NCBI RefSeq assembly: GCF_032062105.1
Contig: NW_026919438.1
Location: 1 to 64,000 of the forward strand
From: Saccostrea cucullata
Taxonomy: Eukaryota
Reading direction: 5' to 3'
DNA: 64,000 bases
Below the pieces are notes generated by a model. The model ran no database searches, was not told where the DNA came from, and worked only from the letters and a program-made list of their open reading frames with translations. The stretch's first letter is position 1. Every line of letters starts with the position of its first letter. This document shows, one piece after another, positions 11,600 through 22,120 of this stretch. The position numbers and the translations under genes are program-made.

Positions 11600-13047
11600 A
11601 TGGAACAAACTACGTATTCACCTAGAGATATGGAATTGACCGGAGACGCGAGTGATAGTCCTATAGCTGAAACACCAAGAAGTGCGAGGAATATTCCGAG
11701 AAGGGAATATGGTTCATCAGCAAGACGAAATTTAATGGTGAATTTTAATGAGGCGGAGAACGTTAATTCGCCTATTCATGCAAGTACTCCTGCATGTTCA
11801 GAGCCGGACCAACAGACCGATTTTAATCAGGAATCCAGTGAAAGCGAAACTTCACAATGGAAAAACTTCATGTGTTTATGGGGTTTGGTATTTCTGGCAG
11901 GAACTGTAGGTTTATACCTTTTGTATAAATATTTCCCAGGATATATGCTGCTATGCCTAACACGGGAATTTCTGATGACAGGAACACTGGCAATCTTGTG
12001 CGTTATACTTATTAGTATTATTTGCAAGCTGGCATTTAGAGATGATCTTGTAAGTGGGCGCAACAGAAACACAGAAAGGAATTTAACATCAAGGACCCCT
12101 ATACCACGACGAACTCCAAGTCTCTCGCCAGGCGTTAACCAGAATGTAATGTCAGGTGTTCAACCCTCCCTATCTAGGGTTCCCAATACAAGGAATACAC
12201 CAGCGCAACAGATAAATGTGAAAAGAACATTTAAGGGAGATGGCACAGATATTTGGAGTGAATACATACGATATTTTGAAAATATTTCAGAACTAAATGG
12301 CTGGGATAATGACAGAAAACGAAAAGTATTTTTCACAGTGTTGCGGGGACAGGCAGAAACATTCTGTTACGGATTATCCGATTCCGAGCGGAGCGACTGG
12401 AAACTGTTAACAGAGTCAATGAACCGGAGATTTGGTCACATGGCTATGAAAGAGAGCTACATTACGGAAGCAAAGTTGCGATTTAAGAAGCATGGCGAGA
12501 CTTTCCGAGATTTTGGACAAGCTATCCAAGATTTATACAGACGAGCTTATCCGGAAAGCAGGGAATATGTACAGGAAGCTAGTCTCAAGACTTTCCTTGA
12601 CAACTGTAGTGAATCAGGAGTTTTGTTTAGCTGTTAAGAGAACACGACCAAAGACTATTGATGAAGCAGTTACAGCAGCAATGCAGGAAGAGTGCATTAG
12701 ACTCACAGAGAACCGGAAACCTAGAGATCAAAGGATCATGAAACCCCCAGTTTACCAGGTATGGTCAAATTCTACTAAAACCGGAAATTAAGACGGATAT
12801 GCTAGAGCCACAGGATACAGTCCAGAGACGGTACTATAACAACAATAATAGTGTGACGACAGGTACGAATTATCAAGCGAGGGACAAGAAATTGTGCTAT
12901 CATTGTAACTCAAGTCAACACTTAATCCGAGATTGTCCAAAGAAAGCAACTTCAAAGAAAATGCAAAACACAGGTGCGACTTTCCAAAAGAGGAAGAATC
13001 AGGAAACACCCGAGCAGCAGTTAAACGACATTCGACCGAGGCAGTAG
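11600..13047 (+). pseudogene. gag: Gag with N-terminal hydrophobic (TM-like) pair, capsid-like domain and CCHC knuckle; two frameshifts (~12620, ~12790)
   Basis: FKGDGTDIWSEYIRYFENISELNGW...LRGQA capsid-like region; RPKTIDEAVTAA in the second frame; CYHCNSSQHLIRDC knuckle in the third frame. Confidence 0.85.
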
Positions 13048-16000
13048 GCCGTGTGTCGGTCACAATGCACCACAGGCCTAATACATTGGATTTGCAACAT
13101 TCCGTTTCAGAGAACAGGGAGACTAGAAATGAAGCTAAATTGCTTGAGAAGCTTTCTGTGGTAAACTCCGAGGAAGGAGAATCTCCAGTTTTTAATAAGG
13201 AAGCGGGTGTAAATGATGCAACGCACATCGGTGTAAACTCCAAGCAGGGCGAGGACCGGAAATTTAAGGTTAAAGGATCCTGTGACATGAGGATCAATGG
13301 ATGGGTAGAAGGGACTCCCCTTGAATGGAAAATCGATACAGGTGCGGTTAATACCTTTATTACGGAAGATACATTTTACAATATCTTACCGGAAATTAGA
13401 CCTGTGCTGGAACGCGTGCAGAAGAAATTTCACATAGCTGATGGAAATGAATTACAGATTCTAGGGACTGCAAAGATGATTTTAAGTTTTGGAGAAAAAG
13501 ACGTTTTATTTCGTGTTTTTGTCGGAGGAGTTAAGTGCAATCTCCTGGGACAGGATTTCATGAGACAATTTAAGTGCAACTGGGATTACAGTGAAAATTC
13601 GTTGATGTTAAATTTTGATTCGTACAATCAAGGAGGAGATTTCAGTCATAGAACTTTGCGGGTTTTGTCCATAGAGGATTGTGTTATACCCGGGCGACAT
13701 GAAGCTTTGATTAAAACTAGGATACGATGCACGGAAAATCTTGGTGATGGAATCTTATTGCCGATTAAGCAGTTCATGCATGTTTATGGATTAATGATTG
13801 CGCATGCTCTTGTAAACGCTGACTTAAAGGAAGTGTTTGTGCGTGTATTTAATCAGTGTGATAACGATATTTTGGTGAAAAAGGACACAGATGTAGCACT
13901 GTTTTCACCTGTGAAATATATTAGTGAACATATTCATGAACAAGGAGTATTTGATGTAGATTTTAAAAGGAAATCTGAGGATTTGCCGGAACATCTAAAG
14001 AAGTTGTATTCAGAGGGATGTGAACATTTAACAGAGGAAGAAAGTATTACTTTCAAGGAATTTTTAATGGAATTCAAAGGAGCATTTGCTGACCCGAACC
14101 AACCAATGGAGCGTGCTAATTTTGGAGAGCATTGCATTAAATTGAAAAATGAATCGCCGTTTAAGGAACCACCCAGGCGAGTCCCTATATTTAAAAGGGA
14201 AATACTGGACACGGAAGTTCGGAATTTTGAGAAGCATGGACTTATAGAGGAGTCTATTAGCCCTTGGTCATCACCCCTTGTACTGGTGCAGAAAAAGGAC
14301 AAAAGCTGGAGAGTGTGCGTAGACTATAGGAAACTCAACGCTCAAACAATTAAGGATGCTTATCCCATTCCAAGGATTGCCGATAATTTAGATTCATTGG
14401 CGGGATCTAAATGGTTTACTTCATTGGATTTAAACATGGTATACCATCAGATTCCAATGTCGGAGAGTGACAAGGAAAAGACTGCTTTTGCAACACCACG
14501 TGGAGGATTGTACCAGTACCGAGTTATGCCTTTTGGACTATGTAACGCGCCTGCAACTTTTCAGCGTGTTATTGAGAGAGCATTACAAGGACTACAGTGG
14601 CATATAACAGTACTTTACTTGGACGATATAATTGTGACTGGTCGAGATTTCTCAGGTCATCTGAAAAACTTACGACAAGTGCTCGATCGACTACGGCAAG
14701 CAAACTTGAAGCTTAAAGCGAAAAAGTGCAAATTCTTTCAAAAGGAAGTGATATTCCTCGGACATATTGTGTCAGAAAACGGTGTTAAAACTGATCCGGC
14801 GAAAACTAGAGCTGTCGAGGAATGGAAATCACCAGAGAATGTATCTGAATTAAGGAGTTTCTTAGGACTTGTGTCATATTACAGGAAATTCATCAAAAAC
14901 TTTGCCGAAATAGCAAAATGTTTACATGCACTTACAAGTAAAAATTCTAAATGGGAATGGATGAATGAATGTGAAAATGCATTTCAAATGCTGAAATCAA
15001 AACTAGTGACTGCTCCCATACTAGGATATCCAGATACGGATGGAGGTGTATTTATTCTAGACACTGATGCTAGCAACAACGCAATTGGAGCTGTTCTGTC
15101 ACAAATTCAAGACGACAAGGAAATAGTTATTGAGTACGCTAGCCGAACTTTGAATAGTGCAGAGAGAAATTACTGCGTTACTCGGAAAGAAATGCTAGCG
15201 CTTGTGTATTTTATAAAGCATTTCAAACATTATTTGCTCGGGCGGGAGTTCATTCTTAGAACTGACCACGGATCATTAGTGTGGCTGCACAAATTTCGGG
15301 AGCCAGATGGACAAGTAGCGAGATGGCTTCAACAACTGGGACCATACGTATTTCGCATTGTGCATAGACCAGGTAAACGCCATGGAAATGCTGACGCATT
15401 ATCCAGAATCAGTGACAGTTTAATCTGTAAACAATGCAAGCGCTACATTCACGAAGAATCGACAGAAGAAACTTTCACTCATGTAGACGAATTAAGAAAA
15501 CTATGTGAATCCCCGGATTGCTACAAACAGAACACAGAAGTTTTAGATATCGGATGTTTGTTATATCCCGGAAGTTATCCGAATCCGGATGCGTGTCAAG
15601 TAGAATCAACAAATGAAAACAGTAAAACGGCTAGGCGTAAGAAAGTCAAAAACAGACCCCCTCCAGCGAGGCAACGGAAACAACCAACAGAGTCTCTGAC
15701 AGTTGAAAATATACGTAAGCGCCAACACGAAGATCATGAGATGTCTGAACTACTGCGCTTAAAGGAAAAATTGGATTCTGTGAAACCTGCGATAAGTTCT
15801 ATTTCTCATACCAGTTTTGAGTTCAAATTCTGGTATTCTAGGTGGGAAATGTTAACAGTTGATCGTGGTTTACTATGTTACCGGTGGATAGAAAAAGACA
15901 GTGAAACACTTAAAATATGTATTCCCAGGACTTTACGTGACAGTGTAATGTGGTATTTACATGATTCAAAAACTGCCGGACATATGGGAATTAGGAGGAC

Positions 16001-17261
16001 TGTTTCAAAGTTAATGAATAGTCAGTACTACTGGCCACAGCTGAAGCTATATGCTCAAGATTATGTATCGTCATGCGATATTTGCGAAGAGAGGAAAAAT
16101 CCAACAAGGAAGAAGCGATCTTACATGAAGACGTATTTAAGTGGTGACAGGTTCCATAGAATAGCCGCGGATATTGCAGGACCATTTCAGAAATCAGAAA
16201 ATGGATACTTGTACATATTAGTCGTCGCTGATTATTCTACTAAATTTTGTGAAATTTATCCCTTACGTGATATGGAAGCTGAAACTGTGGCAGAAACATT
16301 ATTCAAAGGTTGGATTAAACGATACGGATGTCCGTTAGAAATACACTCTGATCAAGGTAGACAGTTTGAAAGTCAACTATTTCAAGAAATGTGCAGATTA
16401 CTTCAGATCAACAAAACACGGACAACTGCTTACCATCCGCAGTCCGACGGGATGGTAGAGCGATTAAACCGAACTATAAAGGAAATGTTATCGAAATACA
16501 TTTCAGCTCATCAGACAGACTGGGACAAGTACATAGACGGGATCGTTCTGGCCTATAATAGTACACCCCATGAAACAACGACTATATCTCCGTATAGAAT
16601 GGTGTTCGGTACAGAGCCCTCACTACCCTTAGATGTTATGACTACAGAATTAACCGAAGAAGAACCAGTTCGGAAAAATGATTCGGAATATGTGAGAAAC
16701 TTGGAAAGTGAACTATATTTTGTGCACAATCTTGCGAGAGAAGTTACAGGAAAATTATCGCAAAGACAAAAACATTATTATGACAGAAATGTTTGTAATG
16801 TGAATTATGACATTGGAGATAAAGTGAGGCGAAATCAACGCCAAATTATTACAGGGACGAAAGCAAAACTAGCAAGGAACTGGACAGGGCCATGGTTTAT
16901 TGTGAAAAGACTGAGCGATACGCTTTATCAAATTCAACATTCCAAAAACTCCAAGCCTGTGATAGTGCACGCCGACAATATCAAACCATACAGGGGGAAT
17001 AAACAATTGCGCCCAGTTCCTGAATCCGAATATACAACTGGCGAGACAGCAGGTGCCCCGCGACGTCGCGTGCCAGCTGCGAGAGAGAGACCAATGACCA
17101 AACGATTGAAGTTACCGCCAGAGCCGCGACCCGAGACTGTCACAGCGGAACAGTCACATGCCGACAGCCAATCAGAAGCCGTCATTAGAACAACACGACT
17201 TGGGAGAGTTATAAAAAGACCACTTCGGTACCAGACTGACCATTCTCCAGATGATTTGTGA
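12933..17261 (+). CDS. pol: Pol polyprotein: aspartic protease, dUTPase-like insert, RT, RNase H, integrase
   Basis: IDTGA (protease); CVDYRKLN, MPFGLCNAPATFQR, YLDD (RT); TDAS, TDH, NADALSR (RNase H); HHCC, ADIAGP, SDQG, VERLNRT (integrase); open for 1442 codons. Confidence 0.97.
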   Translation: MSKESNFKENAKHRCDFPKEEESGNTRAAVKRHSTEAVGRVSVTMHHRPNTLDLQHSVSENRETRNEAKLLEKLSVVNSEEGESPVFNKEAGVNDATHIGVNSKQGEDRKFKVKGSCDMRINGWVEGTPLEWKIDTGAVNTFITEDTFYNILPEIRPVLERVQKKFHIADGNELQILGTAKMILSFGEKDVLFRVFVGGVKCNLLGQDFMRQFKCNWDYSENSLMLNFDSYNQGGDFSHRTLRVLSIEDCVIPGRHEALIKTRIRCTENLGDGILLPIKQFMHVYGLMIAHALVNADLKEVFVRVFNQCDNDILVKKDTDVALFSPVKYISEHIHEQGVFDVDFKRKSEDLPEHLKKLYSEGCEHLTEEESITFKEFLMEFKGAFADPNQPMERANFGEHCIKLKNESPFKEPPRRVPIFKREILDTEVRNFEKHGLIEESISPWSSPLVLVQKKDKSWRVCVDYRKLNAQTIKDAYPIPRIADNLDSLAGSKWFTSLDLNMVYHQIPMSESDKEKTAFATPRGGLYQYRVMPFGLCNAPATFQRVIERALQGLQWHITVLYLDDIIVTGRDFSGHLKNLRQVLDRLRQANLKLKAKKCKFFQKEVIFLGHIVSENGVKTDPAKTRAVEEWKSPENVSELRSFLGLVSYYRKFIKNFAEIAKCLHALTSKNSKWEWMNECENAFQMLKSKLVTAPILGYPDTDGGVFILDTDASNNAIGAVLSQIQDDKEIVIEYASRTLNSAERNYCVTRKEMLALVYFIKHFKHYLLGREFILRTDHGSLVWLHKFREPDGQVARWLQQLGPYVFRIVHRPGKRHGNADALSRISDSLICKQCKRYIHEESTEETFTHVDELRKLCESPDCYKQNTEVLDIGCLLYPGSYPNPDACQVESTNENSKTARRKKVKNRPPPARQRKQPTESLTVENIRKRQHEDHEMSELLRLKEKLDSVKPAISSISHTSFEFKFWYSRWEMLTVDRGLLCYRWIEKDSETLKICIPRTLRDSVMWYLHDSKTAGHMGIRRTVSKLMNSQYYWPQLKLYAQDYVSSCDICEERKNPTRKKRSYMKTYLSGDRFHRIAADIAGPFQKSENGYLYILVVADYSTKFCEIYPLRDMEAETVAETLFKGWIKRYGCPLEIHSDQGRQFESQLFQEMCRLLQINKTRTTAYHPQSDGMVERLNRTIKEMLSKYISAHQTDWDKYIDGIVLAYNSTPHETTTISPYRMVFGTEPSLPLDVMTTELTEEEPVRKNDSEYVRNLESELYFVHNLAREVTGKLSQRQKHYYDRNVCNVNYDIGDKVRRNQRQIITGTKAKLARNWTGPWFIVKRLSDTLYQIQHSKNSKPVIVHADNIKPYRGNKQLRPVPESEYTTGETAGAPRRRVPAARERPMTKRLKLPPEPRPETVTAEQSHADSQSEAVIRTTRLGRVIKRPLRYQTDHSPDDL
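13020..13061 (+). promoter_or_regulatory. Candidate -1 ribosomal frameshift signal (gag-pol)
   Basis: G_TTA_AAC in the gag frame at 13020-13026, 7-nt spacer, stem GACCGA (13034-39)/TCGGTC (13056-61); pol is -1 relative to the gag C-terminal frame. Confidence 0.6.
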
Positions 17262-18030
17262 ATATTGTGGGTGTGTGTTTTCGACAAATAGTCACTTGTA
17301 CCAGCATCAACGCGAACAACATAGAAGTGATTTGAATGTTATTAAATGTGAATATTGCCAAAAACTCTTTACTAGAAAATCAAATCTTAAAAGACATGTT
17401 AAAAACGTCCATAAGTTAGACGAGGACTTCATCAATGAGGCCTTAAATCCCCCGCGGAAGAAGATTCAACGACACAGCTTCATGGAGACCCGGAAACCGG
17501 TGTACGTTATGAGTGACTTTTATGAGGACATTTCCTCCGATGAGGAAGAGATGCATTATGCTGAGACTGCGCAGCCACTCGTTAGGGATTCATATCCGGA
17601 CTTAGACATCATTTCAGTGAATTCGGAAGACTTGCCGGAAGTAGATGACGCTTTTGTTAGTGAAATTCTGGGCGACATAGAAGAGGAAGAAACGTGTGCG
17701 CGACCAACAGAAGAATCTCTCGAGTCACCAGACGTGAGCGAAGCCGCGAACTCGTCATCAGAGGACAGTGATATGTATGACATGGACGATAACAACAATC
17801 GCGTAAGTGTCGAGACGTCAACCATATGCCTGGTGATGAAGAAGACGATTCGGACTAATCCTGACGGCACCGAGGAGATTAATCGCGAATCTCAAATTAT
17901 CTACTCAGAGAACGTAAATCCAGAGGAAGTAGACTTTCGTGATCTTGCCGAGGAGATTCTGGATGAGGTTCCGCGACACCTAGCGCCGAGTGCCCGTGTG
18001 CGGATAGTAAAGGGAGATTTGTCCTTGTGA
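17251..18030 (+). CDS. Gypsy ORF3: two C2H2 zinc fingers, basic NLS-like patch and long acidic region (259 aa)
   Basis: CEYC-x12-H-x4-H twice, PRKK, then a D/E/S-rich tract; lies between pol and the PPT, overlapping the end of pol; homologue at 44782. Confidence 0.85.
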   Translation: MICEYCGCVFSTNSHLYQHQREQHRSDLNVIKCEYCQKLFTRKSNLKRHVKNVHKLDEDFINEALNPPRKKIQRHSFMETRKPVYVMSDFYEDISSDEEEMHYAETAQPLVRDSYPDLDIISVNSEDLPEVDDAFVSEILGDIEEEETCARPTEESLESPDVSEAANSSSEDSDMYDMDDNNNRVSVETSTICLVMKKTIRTNPDGTEEINRESQIIYSENVNPEEVDFRDLAEEILDEVPRHLAPSARVRIVKGDLSL

Positions 18031-18443
18031 ACCGTGTAACAAACTAAAGGCCATACTGAAAAGTTGTGAACTCTAACAAAAGACTTGTGATCTATTAACA
18101 AGCTTTTATGTATATAATATTTAATTATTTTGACTTTGATTTTTATTATGTTTTAATGTCATGTTTGTAAATATTTTTTTTTTGTGCTTTGTTTGTCCGA
18201 AGGTGATTTATTGTTTACGTAGACTAAGTTTGCTAGGTGTAAGTTAATATGTTTACTGTTTCAACAAAATGATTTTATTATGGATTGTGTAGTAAAAATT
18301 TACTGATTTGGAGAAAATAATTGTTTATATAGCTAACGTTTAATTGTTTATGTATTTACTTTAAATTTTACCATCATGTTTAACTTCAAGAAATTATTTT
18401 TAGTTGTCTATTGTTTAATCATTTTGAACGGAGTCAAAAACTT

Positions 18444-18456
18444 AAGTGGGGGGGAG
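18444..18456 (+). promoter_or_regulatory. Polypurine tract
   Basis: AAGTGGGGGGGAG immediately before the 3' LTR; same motif at ~45981-45993. Confidence 0.9.
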
Positions 18457-18457
18457 T

Positions 18458-18736
18458 TGTAGCGAATTATTATGTAACTATGATTTGTTTATATAACATT
18501 GCTCCTCGCGAGCAATGGGTTTTTGATTACATTGCATTGCTCCTCGCGAGCAATGGGTTTTATGTATAAATATAGGAGCGATTTTAGACAGTTAGTCAGT
18601 CAGTTTTTCATATTCATTACGATCACTTCGGACAATTTTTATTTGGATTTTTATACTTACTGTGTTTATGTTATCGTGGATTTTAAAATGTGAATAAACC
18701 GTAAACTTGATTACTTGCGTATCATTTCAAGAATAT
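18458..18736 (+). repeat. 3' LTR, missing the last 64 bp
   Basis: Matches 9520-9798 with 4 substitutions. Confidence 0.95.
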
Positions 18737-19079
18737 GCGATAGGATAATTCTTCTATAAAATAAGGAAGATAACGCGAACAGTATTCAATCTCAAAGTCC
18801 AGAAAACATTCAGTAATGAGCTCACTAAATAATTCCCCCGCCTCCCATATGAATATAATGGCAGTAACCATGTTTTGTTCTGGAAAATCCAAAATGTGTT
18901 ATTAAAGTTGTTTAATTATAAAAATATTTACATTGTATTCTTCAGTATCCACTTGCTCTTTGTTTATTTTCGTTTGGCCATAATGGAGTCTTCAACTGGA
19001 AGGATCTATTTGCTAAAATAAAAGATAGGTTCAGCCCGGAGGACGAGTCTGTTTAGTATTAATTACCCAATCATATCCA

Positions 19080-21180
19080 GGGGTTTCCTACTTCTGTTAA
19101 AACAGCTTCTATCGGTGGTAAGCTAGCGCCACCTAATTACGTCATTATCATCCAATCAAATTTCTGGTTGTACTTTTTTTAAATCCGACCACTGTTTCCG
19201 CCAATTAAAACACTTTTTTCATCTATTTCAATCCATGTTTTGGCCATTAAGCATCACTTTCTTAGAAAATCCTCCGCGGCAGAATCCACGTCGTTTAACA
19301 CTGATTTAATCTTGTAAAAAAAAAATTGTGCGTGTTCCGTGTGACCTTCTACGGCCGATCTAGTACGTGTTTTAATCGTGCCATCGAGACTTATCATGGA
19401 AGCCGTAACTGCCTGGGTCGTACAGTTCTTTGGACTTCCGACGTGGTACATTCTCTACGATGATGAGGCCATGCGTATCCACGCCATATTGGTAGACTGT
19501 GATTTCGACATTGCCAAAGCCTTATCTAACATTGCGCTAGACTGCTCCGCCATGTGCAACGGATGTATTTTCAGCGATCCCGAGGACATTATCCCCTTGC
19601 CTGCCTGTATTCCTAAGCATCCCAGGAGTACCTAAGTTAACCAATTAACTATTAACCCATTAACTGTGATTAACCCATTAACTGTGATTATCACGTTTTT
19701 GCTGTGAATTCATGATTATTAATTTCCGATGACGTCACAAAAATGGAATCCGAGGGAGAAAAAGAAGTCGCCATCACGATCGGCGAAGAAGCTGTCCATG
19801 AGTGGGCCACGACCAAAAAACTGTAGAGTAGGACTACCGACACCCTTATCAATATCGGCTACGATAGCATGAAGGCCCCTATCTCGACTAACAAAAGAAG
19901 ACTTGATGCAAACCGAGATTCTGGTAGGCCAGAAGAATTCGGTCTTACACTGTGTTAAAAACACTTTCCCACTTGGACCCGAGGCCAAGACGAACCAACC
20001 CTGTGAAACTCCTAGTATTCCATGCGCACCAGGACCGTCCGCGATGGATTAATCAGCCCTCCGGCATCAATGTGTGATCAATCATCGGACAACTTCATCC
20101 GAAACGTTCTCGGACAGTTGTCGTCAGCGCAACAGCCCGAACATCAACCCCCGTCTTATGGTGGAAGTGGAATGCAAGCCTTGGAAAATACAGGTACGTT
20201 TTCTTGCAAGACCCCCAAATTTATTTAAAATATCTCTCAAACCCATCTGCAAATTATAGCTACTTAGATATTACAGAATTCGCTAATTCGACGGCAATTT
20301 TCCAAACGGAAAGAATCTTTTCTGATAACTATGATGGGCAATTAATCTTATAAGTCGATCCTCAAAACCTAAGCTCGAGTCCCTATCCATCTCACAATGG
20401 TATGTGGCTAACCTAGCAATTCTACTCAAATAGTTACAGGATAATTCCTTAGCCCAAGGTCAAATTCTCGACTATCTTTCGTGCACCACAAGAGTGTATC
20501 AACTCTTCCCTATTTATGACGTAAATTCCTTCTACTTCTATGATAGGGAATCCAGAAAGCTCCAACATCAACATACGTTTAGATGGGACACTAACATCCC
20601 CCACATTCAGTCTTTCTCAGACCAAAAAATGCCCCCCCCCCCTCAGTATGCCCATCAAACCAAACAAAACCCAAGACCCAAAATAGGGTTTTCCCTTCAT
20701 CCCCGAGCCTCCCATACATCACAGGGGATCGAGATTTTCCGGCGATTCAATGCTAAACGCAGCTGCACTGTGCAGCAATGCAAGTATGCTTATACGTGTT
20801 CAGTACCGGGCTGTTCGGACAAGCACCCTGCTTCAGAGGATGCCGTATTAAAACACAATTCCTCGGGTTTGATCCTCTCTGCCTGGGAAGAAGAGCTTTC
20901 CAAAGACCCCGATAAACATTTTATGATTGAAAGAATTGAAAATGTTTTGACATCATCGACCCAACCTTATCCCCTATCCCAGCTGAAATGGAAAATCACC
21001 CTTCCTCTCTTAATTCGGAACTTTTTGACAAAGCTACAGACCAAATTCTTAACAAAATTGCTGAAGGTAACTATAATTTTGCACCGTCTCCCCCCATTAT
21101 TATTATCCCCTTAGGAAGTATTCCAAAGAAGGACGGGGGGGGGGGGGGGGGGTACGTATATTTCATGACCGTAGCGATCT
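19080..21180 (+). mobile_element. Degraded DIRS/Ngaro-like retroelement remnant 1 (gag-like ORF and RT N-terminus)
   Basis: Gag-like LSISQW...YDRESRKLQ...FRWD, Cys/His finger RFNAKRSC..QCKYAYTCSVPGCSDKH; RT start AWEEEL...NHPSS...PLGSIPKKDGG.VRIFHD; many stops and frameshifts. The 5' boundary is approximate. Confidence 0.7.
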
Positions 21181-22120
21181 AAGGGACAGAGAAGAAATGA
21201 ACACCGCCTTTGAAGGCTTTACAGGCGAATCGGCTGACGAATGTCTCCAGATGGTTGGCGGGAGACAAGATGGTGATCTGAGAAAGCGGTTACATTTTCC
21301 AATCTTGTATGCAAATGAGGTCGGTCAACCAGATGGCCATGATTTAGAGAGAGAGGAATCGTTAAATGAATATGATTGTTAAAAATCAATTTAATAAAAA
21401 AAAAAAAGTTAAATTTTTTTTATTGTTGTGTAGTATATTTAAAGGGGATACTTTCTAACAGAATAGTATCAAGTTGATAAGATATTAATGGTGAATGATC
21501 GGTTATTGATCGATTAATTAATTCAATCTCGATTGTTCAAGGTTTTGTTACGTACAATATAACCTTACTATGAATTGTGTTCTGGTCAAGTTGTTCAAAA
21601 CGATTTATTAATTTCAATATTTAGGCTGGAAATGAACCAACGACCAAGAAACGTAAGAAGTCAGACCAGGGACTGGAGAAAAGAATATTGGAGCTGGAAA
21701 TATCCCGAGAAAACGAAGGAGAAGAAGAACTGGGAAATTTGAAAGCGAAGGTGAGGGGTTTATGTATGCAGACGGAACCTAGCGTCCCGCTGATTCCTGT
21801 CTGTATGGAGGAGCTGGCTAGAACTGCGCGAAAGTCAAACCATGCAGACCTACTCTTCCGCTTTTGGCGTAATTCTTCCGCTTTTTACCACAAAATTAAG
21901 CTATTACGCCTTTTATATTAATTTTACGCTTTTGATACTTTGGTTAAAATTTCATTATGAATGTCTCAATTCAGAGTTAAAGTACGACCTGCTGAAATGA
22001 AATAGGAAGTTCTTATGAATGTAATTCAAAGATCAGTTCGATAATGTGCGTAGTATACCTAGTAGTTACATGTAAACTGGTGTGGTGAAGATTCGGAAGA
22101 AGACGAGAAGGCACTGCTTA

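Larger units (their letters stand above)
9520..18736 (+). mobile_element. Near-complete Ty3/Gypsy LTR retrotransposon with two accessory ORFs
   Basis: Paired LTRs, PBS, gag, pol in PR-RT-RH-IN order (Gypsy order), PPT; LTRs differ at 4 of 279 aligned nt. Confidence 0.97.

Noticed and set aside
12788-17870. Antisense ORFs (12788-13297, 13934-14302, 15991-16185, 16934-17287, 17556-17870)
   Set aside because: Shadows of gag, pol and ORF3 with no recognisable domains.
17251-18030. ORF3 as env
   Set aside because: No signal peptide, furin site/fusion peptide or TM segment; it is zinc-finger plus acidic.
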